A DNA stretch of 64,000 bases from Eledone cirrhosa (taxonomy: Eukaryota). The stretch lies in contig OZ024751.1 of NCBI GenBank assembly GCA_964016885.1, positions 11,780,001 to 11,844,000 of the forward strand, read 5' to 3'. The stretch's first letter is position 1. Each line of letters opens with the position of its first letter. A program made the translations under genes and the position numbers. Under the pieces are notes generated by a model, which ran no database searches, had not been told where the DNA came from, and was given only the letters and a program-made list of their open reading frames with translations. Of the stretch, positions 11,984-25,481 are shown piece after piece.

Positions 11984-12210
11984 GGTAATAATGGTTTCTG
12001 ATTTAGGCACAAGGCCAACACTTTTGGCTGGAGGGGAATGTCGATTATATCGCCCGCCAGTATGTTATTGCTGCTTTATGAAATCGATTCTGTAATGATG
12101 AAAGGCAAAGCTGACCTAGGCGAGATTTGAAATCTGAACGTAAAGGGGCGTAACTCCATGTCGCGAAACATGTTGTCCGATGCTCTACTGATACTGTCAA
12201 TCCACCGAAC
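11984..12210 (-). mobile_element. Older full-length tRNA-derived SINE (SINE-A)
   Basis: Diverged head-to-tail match to 25279-25464, with an extra ggaggggaatgtcgattatatcg segment. Confidence 0.8.
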
Positions 12211-12977
12211 TTAGTGACCAATAATGTGGGTATATTTTGTGTTTGATAAAGACGCTATAATAATACCCCTTGTATTTCTTAGTAGCGATGCTCCCTCCCT
12301 TCTTTTAACACGAGCTACGTGTGTAATCGTTGTGTCATATCTCATTTCATTGAGCCAAATTTAAAATGGAATCGTTATTTTGTCGAGCAAGATTTTAAGA
12401 CAATGTTACGTTCAGGAAATAATCCTTAGGTAAATGTATTCTTTAATCCAAAAGTTCTCAACTCATTTCGTCCAAACGCCCCATATTGCCCCTCGAAATC
12501 ACGAAACGCCCCCTACTCTATTTTTCCATTTTTCAATATACTACTGATTTTGATATCAGTAGATTACTAGACCAAATCAAGTTATGTTAGAATCTTTAAA
12601 AAATACTCGTACGAATTAAATACAAAAAGGTTTCAGTCCAAAACAAAAGCAAACTATTTCAAATTATATATTTTTGAAAAATAGATGTGAATGTTCTCAA
12701 AGATTTGATCTCAGTCGAAAAACCTTCTTTTTTTAAAAATTCTATATATCACTGTTAGCTGTTGTAATATTTTGAGTGGATAGACAATTCTACAATTCAA
12801 ACTGTAAAGTCAAAATACAAAAGATGCAAAATATGAAGAATGTCTCACCTTTCTCTGAAATCACAAACTCAGGAGAAAATAGTACCTTGCGAAATGTACC
12901 TCGTAGCAAAATAAAATACTTAATAGCAACGAATGAATTGAGAAGCTTGGTAACAGTGAGAAAGAAATATCTGTATT

Positions 12978-13012
<35 letters not shown>

Positions 13013-13022
13013 GATAGGCACG

Positions 13023-13065
<43 letters not shown>

Positions 13066-13247
13066 AAACGCACACGCACACGCACACGCACACAGACACA
13101 TACACATATATAAACACACATATACATGAACACACACACACACTTCTGTGTGTGTGTGCCTTGGTTTTGGTACAGAAAGAATTTTGTCTCCAGTTTTTAT
13201 TGCCAGGTCAAAGGCCACTCCTCTTTTCAACAACGCCAAATAACACC

Positions 13248-13298
<51 letters not shown>

Positions 13299-13377
13299 GA
13301 AGAGAGAAAGAGGGAGGGACAGAGAGAGTAAGAAATGTGTGTGTGTGTGTTTGGTGCACGTCTATATCTCTACCTAT

Positions 13378-13693
13378 CTATATGTATTCCTCACCAGACA
13401 ACCGGTGTGGGCCCCGTTCGTGAGGCAAGCCTTCCCACGACTCGTCTCGCTGACCGAGCTGCAGTCCTGGGTCAAGCAAAGACGGAGGAAAATGGCCGAC
13501 TGGCACATCGAATGTGCTCAGGCGCTCACAGTCCTCTGGCAAACGGACCCGGCGATCAGTGGAGACTCCACTTCGACATTCTTTAGAGGGTTGGTCCGCC
13601 GCAAGTGCGACGACACGCTCGGAGAAACTCTAGGCGTAGAGGAGGACGAACTGGCCAGTCTGTTTGGTAGGACCTTCCGCCCGGGACCAATGA
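13378..13693 (+). pseudogene. Internal fragment of a sister Tx1 subfamily
   Basis: LYVFLTRQPVWAPFVRQAFPRLVSLTELQSWVKQR...FGRTFRPGPM aligns to 9243-9557. It starts in degenerate tctatatctctacctatcta. Confidence 0.9.
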
Positions 13694-13789
13694 AACGACC
13701 CCATTGGCATATGCCCCCCGTTGAGAACCTTTGCTTTAATCCAATATGTTATTACATTCAAATTTGCAATAGGTTTTACACCTCTGTTT

Positions 13790-14352
13790 ATTATATATTA
13801 AATAATTGTTTCTACTTTTGGCACAAGGCCAGCAATAACCCACTGCATTTCTGGTACTTTTATCGACCCCGCTAGGATGAAAGACAAAGTTAACCTCGGC
13901 CGGATTTGAACTCAGAATGCGTCAAAACATGATGTCCGACCCTCTACCGTTACTGCCAATCCACCGCACCTTCATTATATATTATTAAGGGCGGTGAATT
14001 GGCAGTATCGGTAGACGGTCGGACATGCTTTCCAGCATAGTTACGTCCCTTTACGATCTGAGTTCAAATCCGGCCGAGGTTAAATTTGCCTTTCATCCTT
14101 ACGGGGTAGATAAAATAAAGTACCAGTAATGTACGGGGTATTTAATGGCCTTGTACCTAAAATAGAAACAATTATATATTATTAATGGTACTTTATTTTA
14201 TCGACCCTGTTAGGAAGAAAGGCAAAGTTAACCTCAAATCCCGCCGAGGTTAACTTTGCTTTCATCCTTACAGGGTCGATAAAATAAAGTACTAGTAATG
14301 TACTGGGTATTTGCTGGCCTTGTTCCAAAAGTAGAAACAATTATATATTAAG
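13790..14352. mobile_element. Inverted cluster of SINE-A copies (-,+,-,+)
   Basis: Minus copy 13803-13967, plus copy 13989-14172, partial minus 14187-14235 and partial plus 14236-14342. Three junctions and the left flank carry ttatatattatta-like sequence. Confidence 0.85.
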
Positions 14353-14818
14353 TAATGTTTATAAATTATTAAATAGCTTTACAAAATAATACGACAAAAC
14401 CATTTTAAGTGAGCGATAGCTACCACTATAAACCTCTATATATGTGCCTATATATAACAGATCTACTGTAGAAAATACAGTAACAACAGAATGTATTTCT
14501 ATGCATATATAACATACTTATTAGTTGATATCGTATAATATCACACATATATTTTCATAAATATTATATTTGATGTAAATTGATTATCGCATTTTCTATA
14601 TATCTAAATCAGACATATGTATAGCATATTAAAATATAATACATTACATATATATATATATATATATATATAACGGACGAAATGTGGTAAGGAACCAGGT
14701 TGACCATAACGCACCAAAGTACTCAATACTTAGGGTAGTAGAGTGGGTAATAGGAACGAGTAGGTCCTACTCTTTCCTATATATATATATATATAACAAT
14801 TATAGCACACACACACAT

Positions 14819-14882
<64 letters not shown>

Positions 14883-14884
14883 AG

Positions 14885-15262
14885 GGAGTATAAAGTGAAG
14901 TTACTGTGGGTTCACCCAGGTGAGCACTCGATATTTAGGTTCACGACAGCAGCGAGCTGTAGAGCTAGACAGAGTGAAATAATAATAATACAAGGGTGAT
15001 TGATTAAGCCTTCATTACGTTTATTGATTAGTGACGCGCGTTTCGCTATTGATGAGCTCAAGTTTCGATCTCCATCGATCTTGCCCGACTCTGGAGTCAA
15101 AAGCTCGTCGTACCTCTATCATTACTATAACAGAAGTCCGATGAGCTTTTGATTCCACAGTCGGACCAGATCGATACAGATTGACCTTTCAGCTGATCAA
15201 TAGCGAAACGCACGTCACCATCCAATAAAGGTAATGAAGGTTAACAATCGTCCTTGTTTCAA
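14885..15262 (-). mobile_element. PLE pseudo-LTR family D, diverged inverted pair
   Basis: 14990-15116 and 15132-15258 are imperfect inverted copies. The tail 14885-14990 and the left arm match 59343-59575. Confidence 0.7.
15135..15219 (+). ncRNA. Hammerhead-like motif with CCGATGA core and ~60-nt stem II
   Basis: CCGATGA at 15138; stem II gcttttgat/atcaatagc; GAAAC-gcac-GTC at 15205-15216. Homologs on the - strand lie at 15031-15114 and 59488-59571. Confidence 0.55.
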
Positions 15263-15278
15263 ATATTAATAATAACAG

Positions 15279-15502
15279 TTTTTCGAATATTAATAATTGT
15301 TTCTACGTTAGGCACAAGGCCAGTAATTAACCAATGCATTACTGGTACTTTATTTTATCGACCCCGTAAGGATGAAGGGCAAAGTTAACCTTGGCAGGAT
15401 TTGAACTCAGAATGGCAAGGGTCGTAACTCTATACGCCAAAGCATGGCGTCCGACCCTCTACCAACACTGCCAATACATCGCCCTTTTCGAATATTAATA
15501 AT
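15279..15502 (-). mobile_element. Single SINE-A insertion with 18-bp TSD
   Basis: ttttcgaatattaataat at 15279-15296 and 15485-15502 flanks a full minus-strand copy. Confidence 0.9.
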
Positions 15503-15672
15503 AACATTCGATCCGTTTGCAATTATACAAACAAGCCTCGATTTTATAGCCATGTCAGTTCTATTCGCATACCAACACAAGAGGAAGAATGAAGAGTTCA
15601 TTATACTGACATGGCTATAAAATTGAGGCTTGTTTGCATAATTGCAAAATCGAATATTATTATTAAAATTCG

Positions 15673-15675
<3 letters not shown>
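15486..15675. repeat. Inverted repeat, ~72-bp arms (MITE or PLE fold-back)
   Basis: tttgcaattatacaaacaagcctcgattttatagccatgtcagt versus actgacatggctataaaattgaggcttgtttgcataattgcaaa. Confidence 0.75.
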
Positions 15676-15747
<72 letters not shown>

Positions 15748-16076
15748 GTAATCTATGTGTGTGTGTGTATATGTATATATGCTGCACAGATTTTGTGTGC
15801 ATATTTAACGCATTTATCTGCAATGAGTATAGTATAATATACTTGTAATTCTAACATATTACAGTATACTATAACAATTTATCTATGTGGTCATGCGTCG
15901 TAGCTCTTGTTCAGAAACTCGCAAGATTTTTAAAACATTGGGCTTATCTTTGAATATGTATGTTGTTCACATTTGCTGGTTATTTGGCAACCAAAATTTT
16001 AAAATATACGTACATATATATATTTTAAAATTATATATATATATATATGAATCTATATATACATACATATACATAT

Positions 16077-16109
<33 letters not shown>

Positions 16110-16110
16110 A

Positions 16111-16320
16111 GGCGTGTGGCTGAGTGGTTAGAGAATTGGATTCGCAATCGTGAGGTTGTGAGTTCAATTCCTGGACCGGGCGATGCGTTATGTCCTTGAG
16201 CAAGACATTTTATTTCACGTTGCTCATTCTACCTGGAGTTGCGACCGATAGATAGTATTAGCAATTGGAAAGACCAACGGAGACATTGTTTCCTCGGTCC
16301 GATTTGATGAAAGTCGATCG
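16111..16320 (+). mobile_element. tRNA-derived CORE-type SINE (SINE-B)
   Basis: A box tggctgagtgg, B box gttcaattc, and CORE-like gcgttatgtccttgagcaagacattttatttc. Confidence 0.85.
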
Positions 16321-16775
16321 TTCCTTTATATATATATATATGTGTGTGTTTTTTATTTTTCAAAAATTATATATATACAGAATGTTCTCAAAAGTTTTAT
16401 ACACATTTCATCAACACCATTCTAATAAATATTGCCTGTATATTTTTTGGGATATCCTGTATGTATACTTACATACATGTGTATATATATATATATATAT
16501 ATGTGTATGTGTGTGGGGGGGGGGGGTCTGTGTCTGGGTAAGTGAGTGTGTGTGTGCGTATGTAACAAGGGTTAGGATTAAGAAATACAATGATTGAAGA
16601 TGGGAAGTATAAGCAACGAACATAACTGGTTTCCAAATATGGAATATATGAACTTGTTACATTCAATTCATATCTGCCGACGCCCGATGTTCACAGTTAA
16701 TAAGGGGTATGGTGAGCACAAAAGCACATATGCACACCTGTATATTGATACAGACACATATACACATACGCAGAC

Positions 16776-16865
<90 letters not shown>

Positions 16866-16923
16866 TACATATATACACACACGCACACACACACACATTT
16901 ACATATATATATACATATATATA

Positions 16924-16979
<56 letters not shown>

Positions 16980-17030
16980 CATATATATACATGCATATGC
17001 ATATATATACATATATATACATATACATAC

Positions 17031-17073
<43 letters not shown>

Positions 17074-17157
17074 ATGTATAATATCTAACAATTTGTTAGT
17101 GTGTGTGCGTGAGAAAAAGAGATAGTGATATATATATATGTATAAATATATCTATGG

Positions 17158-17330
<173 letters not shown>

Positions 17331-18905
17331 AGCATGTGAGCTTCCGTGTGCATGTGTACATCTGCAGATAAATATTATAGTATATATGAATTGGTGTTTG
17401 GAAGAATAAGGTTATATTATATACATATATTCAAGGGGAAACGCCCATAAAACCGCATACACACGTTCACACACACGTACACGAATATACGTATTTCTCT
17501 GTATATTTGATTGTTTGTTTGTTTTCGTCCATATCTTCAAAAGAATCCCTCCTTAATCGTATTGCTTATTTCGAGACTTTTACAATATAGATGGCGCTTG
17601 TGGTCTTCAAAATCACTCGGAATCAAACGCAGAACAAAATCTGCTAATATGCTTCTGTTTGGTCTTTCCAAACACATACAAATATAATATTTGTATGTGT
17701 TTGCATAATAGTTTTTTTTTATCTTGCAAGAATTTGGTATTCTGTTTGAGAGTATGTGAACATATTAATGTGTGTTTGAATATATTTTTGTGTAATGCTT
17801 GTGCGTTTCGCTTTATATTTTTTTCATGGTCTTCCAGTTTGAAAAATGGCGTCGGTTGAAAAAAAATGTTGGGGGAAAATCACTGACAAAGGCGTATTAG
17901 AGATGTTGGTGTTACCAACACAATAAAACTATGCGTTCGATCAATGTTACTGTGGAACAAAGCGTCTGTGTGAGGCCACTTTGTTTCGCATCAAAGCCAT
18001 TCTGGAGATTTTTATGTCGAAAGAAGAGGAAAATGAAAAAGCGAAAAAAAAAAAAAAAATGCAATGCAAAAAGAAAAAAAAAACTTCAAGAACAAAAAGA
18101 TCATCACCACCGCAATCACCCTAACCCCCACCACCGCCAACAACAAAAACAACACAAATAATAGAAACAACAACAACTACAACAACAAAGACTACAATAA
18201 CGCGGGCAAAAAGAATAAACAAATTATGCGAATGGACGAGGGATGAGGTAGTGATAAAAATATTGAATAATAATAATAATAATAATGATGATAATAATAA
18301 TAATAATAGGAATAATAATAAAACTAGTAATGTTGATAGTAATAATGAAATAAATAATAATAAAAAATCTTGAAAATATTAATATTAAAATGATAAAAAT
18401 AATAATATTAATGAAAAGTATGTACATATAAAAGGAAGAAATAGAAAGGGAGACTGGAGGGACATAATCATAGTGAAAATAAGAAGGGTGTGATTTAAAT
18501 AAACTATGAAAGGGGAAGTAAATATTGGAAAATAACATAAAAGACAGACAAAGCATCCACTGCTGTGAAAGTGGTAAATATGCATACATATGCATATGCG
18601 TGTATGTATATATATATATATATATGTGTGTGCGTGTGTGTGTGCGTATGTATAAATGTATATATTTATATATATATATACATATATATATATGTGATAT
18701 ATATACATATATATATGTATATATATATATAATATATTTACATATATATATAAATATATATATATATGTGTGTGTGTGTGTGTATGTGTGTGTGCGTGCG
18801 TGCATGTGTGTGTGGTATGTGTTATGTGTGTGCATTTTTGTCTGCATGCATACACTTATATACATGCCTGTTATATTTATACATATATAAGTTAAGTGAT
18901 ACGGA

Positions 18906-18952
<47 letters not shown>

Positions 18953-18957
18953 AGTGT

Positions 18958-19101
<144 letters not shown>

Positions 19102-19120
19102 AGTGTATATATTTACGGAG

Positions 19121-19151
<31 letters not shown>

Positions 19152-19214
19152 CTGTATTTATATGTGTGTCTCTGTACAGCGATAGAAATAAAGAAACAAT
19201 GAATGCTAAAGAGT

Positions 19215-19315
<101 letters not shown>

Positions 19316-19578
19316 TGTGTAAGATACTATGAGAGAGATAGGAGTTAATAGAAGTAAAGGGAAAATGGCGGTAACAGAGTACTGAAGTAAAATCTAGACA
19401 ATCACAGATAAACTAACGGAAACTGAAGGGGAGATAATTCTCAACATGTAACATCTATCAGAGATGTCATGAGGGAGTTGATGAAAGTGAGACAGTAAGA
19501 GAATGTCACAATATGTGGATGTGAGAGTGAAAGATTATATATACATACACACGCACACACGCACACACCCACACACAG

Positions 19579-19676
<98 letters not shown>

Positions 19677-19870
19677 GTGTATATATATATATATACATAT
19701 ATATGTGTATATATATATATATATATATACACATACCTATATATACATGTGTGTACATACACACATATATATACATACATACATATACATATATATACCT
19801 ATACATATATATACATATGTATACATACATATATAAATATATAAATATAATATAAATATATAAACATATA

Positions 19871-19934
<64 letters not shown>

Positions 19935-20259
19935 TAAATATATATATACATACATATATATATACATACATAGATAAATATATAAATATACATATATAAA
20001 CATATATCTCTATATATATATTTATACATATATAAATATATATATACATACATATTCACATATATATATATACATATACACACATATACGTATACATACA
20101 TATACACATACATATACATAGACATACATACATATACATACATATTCATACATATAAATATACATACACATATATACATGAACGATAGAGGATGTAATGT
20201 GTTAAGTGAAGTAAAGTGTTAGATAGATGTTCAGTGACGTAAGACACGGCGATGAGTGG

Positions 20260-21509
20260 TGAATATAGATATAATTTTTTTTACGTTAGGCACAAGGTCA
20301 GCAAATTAACCAGTGTATTACTGGTACTTTATTTTATCGACCCCGTAAGGATGAAAGGCAAAGTTAACCTCGGCGGGATTTGAACTCAGAATGGCAAGGG
20401 CCGTAACTCTATACGTCAAGGCATGGCGTCCAACCCTCTACCGATACTGCCAATTCACTGAATATAGATATAATTGTTTATACATTTGGCACAAGGCCAG
20501 CAATTACTCAGTGTATTACTGGTACTTTATTTTATCGAACCCGAAAGGATCGATGCCAATTCACTGAATATAGATATAATTGTTTCTACTTTTGGCACAA
20601 GGCCAGCAATTACCCAGTGTATTACTGGTACTTTATTTTATCGACCCCGAAAGGATGAATGCCAATTCACTGAATATAGATATAATTGTTTTTACATTTG
20701 GCACAAGGCCAGCAAATATACAGTGTATTACTGGTACTTTATTTTATCGACCCCGAAAGGATGAATGCCAATTCACTGAATATAGATATATTTGTTTCTA
20801 CATTTGGCACAAGGCCAGCAATAACCCAGTGCATTACTGGTACTTTATTTTATCGACCCCGTAAGGATGAAAGGCAAAGTTAACCTCGGCGGGATTTGAA
20901 CTCAGAATGGCAAGGGCCGTAACTCTATACGTCAAAGCATGGCGTCCAACCCTCTACCGATGCTGCCAATTCACTGAATATAGATATAATTGTTTATACA
21001 TTTGGCACAAGGCCAGCAATTACCCAGTGCATTACTGATACTTTATTTTATCGACCCCGTAAGGATGAATGCCAATTCACTGAATATAGATACAATTATT
21101 TGTACATTTGGCACAAGGCCAGCAATAATCCAGCGCATTACTGGTACTTTATTTTATCGACGCCGAAAGGATGAATGCCAATTCACTGAATATAGATATA
21201 ATTGTTTCTACATTTGGCACAAGGCCGGCAATAACCGAGTGTATTACTGGTACTTTATTTTATCGACCCCGAAAGGATCAATGCCAATTCACTGAATATA
21301 GATATAATTGTTTGTACATTTGGCACAAGGCCAGCAATAACCCAGTGCATTACTGGTACTTTATTTTATCGACCCCGTAAGGATGAAAGGCAAAGTTAAC
21401 CTCGGCGGGATTTGAACTGAGTCCGTAAAGGGACGTAACTGTGCTGCAAAGCATGGCGTCCGACCCTCTACCGATACTGCCAATTCACCACCCTGAATAT
21501 AGATATAAT
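20260..21509 (-). repeat. SINE-A-derived higher-order array: full, 3 x 106 bp, full, 3 x 106 bp, full
   Basis: The spacer tgaatatagata(ta) occurs at 20260, 20459, 20565, 20671, 20777, 20975, 21081, 21187, 21293 and 21494. Confidence 0.95.
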
Positions 21510-21820
21510 GAACCAAAGTCAGAAAGTCCATTGGTGTGAAGTTAAAAAAATATATCGGACGAAGAAGAAAGTAAAATTACAGACAAAGAGGTTGTTAAGA
21601 ACTACAGCTAGAAACACGATGAAATACACTATGAGAATAAAGAGTATGGAATATATGTGAAAGACAGAGTGTGTATATGTTTGTATATATATATATATAT
21701 ATGTGTGCGTGCGTGTGTGTGTGTGTGTGTCTCTGTTTGAATGTATCTATATTTATATATATATGCATGTATATATTTATATATATATGAATACATACAT
21801 ACACACACACACACACACAT

Positions 21821-21857
<37 letters not shown>

Positions 21858-22369
21858 CGAGTGTGTGTGTGTGCGTGTGCGTGTATATGTATACATATAT
21901 ATGTATATGTATATATATATATGGACATATATATATATATATGTAAACATATATATATATAAGTAGATATATATTTATATATTTATATATATATATATAT
22001 ATATATATGAACATAAATATATATAGATAGATATATGTGTGTGCGTATGTGTGTGTCATATATATATACGTGTGTTTATGCGTATGCATATATTAGGAGC
22101 ATATGTGCATGTAAATGAACGTATAAAAAGGAGAGCAGGATCAAGAATTCTGTGAGTTCTTTTTTCTCTTATAAAATATACAAAAGAAACAAAAGTAAAA
22201 TTTTACACAAATGTAAGAATTGATGTAAATTGTCAATTTAAAGCAAGATCAAGGCATTTGGCAGCGAAGACAGAACATGTAAAGAAAGATATATTTTTTA
22301 AATATATAAATATATAATATGTGGGTGTATGTATGCATATATATAAATATATATATATTTATATGTATG

Positions 22370-22470
<101 letters not shown>

Positions 22471-22515
22471 TAATGTGTGCATGTATAATATATTTATATA
22501 TACATATATATGTAT

Positions 22516-22595
<80 letters not shown>

Positions 22596-22975
22596 TATAT
22601 ACCTAGCAACCAATATGTAACTTTGTAGAGAGAAATATATACGCAGAAACAGAGGGGAATAAAGGATAGAATTATAGACAGAACTAGAGCGGCATGGAGG
22701 GAGACATTGAGATTCTGAGAAAGAGAGCATGAGAGATAGAGAGGGGGAGAGTGAGAGAGAGTGAAAGAGAGTGACATTGCATTGAAATATGTTTCTTTTG
22801 TTATTTTCTTTGTAGGTGAGAAGTGTATGTGGGGCTGGTTGTTGGTGCCAGGTAGAGAGGTTAGGTGGGGGAGATATAGAGTTTGGGTACAATGTCTAAG
22901 GGAATAAATGGTCGCATGTGGATGTATAGTCGTATATGTAGTATGTATGTATATTTGTATATATATACATATATG

Positions 22976-23017
<42 letters not shown>

Positions 23018-23047
23018 TATAATATATATGCTATTATACATATATAT

Positions 23048-23104
<57 letters not shown>

Positions 23105-23118
23105 AAATATATGCTATT

Positions 23119-23220
<102 letters not shown>

Positions 23221-24199
23221 ATATCTATATATATATATCTATATATATATATATACATATACATGTACACATTTAGACATTTATGTACGTGTGTATAAAG
23301 ATTCAACTGACACAAGGACTTATAAAAAAAAATACACATGAATAACAACAGCAGCAACAACAGCAGAAAACTATATGTTGTTGAAATAAATATATTCTGC
23401 CATTTGTCATTTTTCACCAATCTGCTTTTGTCACTATCGTTACTGTTGTCAATGTTCATGTTATTGATGGTGTTGTTTGTTTTGTATATTGTTATTGTTG
23501 CTGTGATTTTTATTTTTAATTTTATTTTTATTACTTCAATTTCAGTTTAATTTTTCTTCCTTTTTTTTTTTTGTAGTTGTCGTTGTCACAATTTTAAACG
23601 TTATTCGTATTTTGCTGTTGTAGTTTCGAAAGCATTTGTTCATATTTTAATTTTTATATATGTTCTTACAGTTGACGCTCTAACACATGTTATAGCTATG
23701 ATTGTATGTATTGTTATTTATTTAGATAGATTTTATATTTTAGAATTGTTCTTCCAACTTAATATTCTATTCAAAGTTGAATGGTGTTCCTTTTGTATTT
23801 TATTATTTAAATTTTGCAATATATTTCATCTTTCTTCTACCACAATTTACAGTTTTCTTTGATTTGCATATAATTCATTTTTCCTTCAATTTTTAGAATA
23901 TTTAGGAAATATTTTTCTTGTATCTGCTTTAATTATTTTACTACAGTGAAATTACACCTTGGTGCTTTTAAAACCAAGTTCCTCCCCAACACCTCCTGCC
24001 TTACACACAACTCAGAAATACGCACATATGACATCATGCATGTAGCTTGTATGTGTATAACCATGTAGACATTTTAGATATATGTGCACACAAGTCGCGA
24101 ATATACACACGCAACAACCATTTCTGCACCATTAAAACAATGTCTTTGATTTCATTCTCTCTAAAACAAACAAAAAGATGTGTATACATATATACTCAA

Positions 24200-24686
24200 A
24201 CACAGACACACAAACACACATATACACATATATGAATTTATACATGCATACATTCATGTATGCATACATACATACATACATTTATACATATATACATACA
24301 TATACACATACATGCATACATACATAAATACATTTATACATATATACATACATACTCACATACATGCATACATACATACATTTATACATATATACATACA
24401 TAGACGCTTACATGCATACCTACATACATGCATACACACATACATATACACATACATACAACATATACACGCATATATGAATTTATACATGCATACATTC
24501 ATGCATGCATACATACATGCATACATACATGCATACATACATACATACATGCATATATGCATATATACACACATACATGCATACATACATGCATACCTAT
24601 ATTTATACATACATACACCCTTACATGCATACCTACCTACCTACATACATACTTATATACATATATATACATGCATACATACATGT
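24200..24686. repeat. Degenerate (TACA)n microsatellite
   Basis: Direct observation. A purer tract lies at 30608-30712. Confidence 0.9.
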
Positions 24687-24909
24687 TATTTCTTGACACG
24701 TTACCCAGAGTTTTGCACGTTATGACGTTTATTAAAATGGCTAAAGAAGGGAAGCAACGAACACTATTTAAGCAACATCTTCGTAACCCATTGGAATACA
24801 ATTAGCTATCGTACATTCTCTTCTCCAATAATTATAAGCTAAGGACCTCGGATAATCAACTTTGCGCAGGCTACGCACGTCACAGTTCCAATTCTGCAGT
24901 ATTATATTA

Positions 24910-25215
24910 AACAAAAAACAGGATATCTGACTTCGTACAATGGTGTGTTTCGGTGAATGAAATATGTTTTTAAATAACCATTCTTCGAACAAGGGTAAAC
25001 TGATTATGAGAAATATATTATTTTGCCATTCTTCGAAGGATGGTTATTAAAGTAAAATAAAAAAATAAAATAAAACAACATATTTCATTCACTGAAACAG
25101 GGTATCTGACTTCTTTTAATGGTGTGTTTTACTGGATGAAATATGATTTTGCTAGTTTTCTTTAAAATAACCATCCTTCGAAAAATGGTAAAATAAGTAT
25201 GTGAGACATACATTA
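24910..25215. repeat. Direct-inverted-direct triplication of a ~105-bp segment
   Basis: acagg(a/g)tatctgacttc...taaccat(t/c)cttcgaa starts at about 24918 and 25097. An inverted partial copy lies at 25020-25098. Confidence 0.7.
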
Positions 25216-25481
25216 TTTCTTAACAAATGTAATTGCTGGCCTTGTGCCTAAAGTAGAAACAATTATTTCTTAACAAATGGCGGTGGATTGGCAGTATCGG
25301 TAGAGGGTCGGACGCCATGCTTTGCAGCATAGAGTTACGGCCCTTTATGGCCTGAGTTCAAATCCCGCTGAGGTTAACTTAGCCATTCATCCTTACGGGG
25401 TCGATAAAATAAAGTACCAGTAATACACTGGGATATTGCTGGCCTTCTGCCTAAAGTAGAAACAATTATTTCTTAACAAAT
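25212..25481 (+). mobile_element. SINE-A full copy preceded by a 33-bp tail copy; three copies of a 17-bp target sequence
   Basis: A box tggcagtatcgg and B box gttcaaatcc. attatttcttaacaaat occurs at 25212, 25262 and 25465. Confidence 0.9.

Noticed and set aside
16111-16180. tRNA gene (also the SINE-A heads, e.g. 25279-25370)
   Set aside because: A and B boxes are present but there is no complete cloverleaf, and the sequence continues into SINE bodies.
17838-17927. Acceptor-like tcttccag followed by a short ORF MASVEKKCWGK...
   Set aside because: Only 26 codons, with no convincing donor and no recognisable homology.
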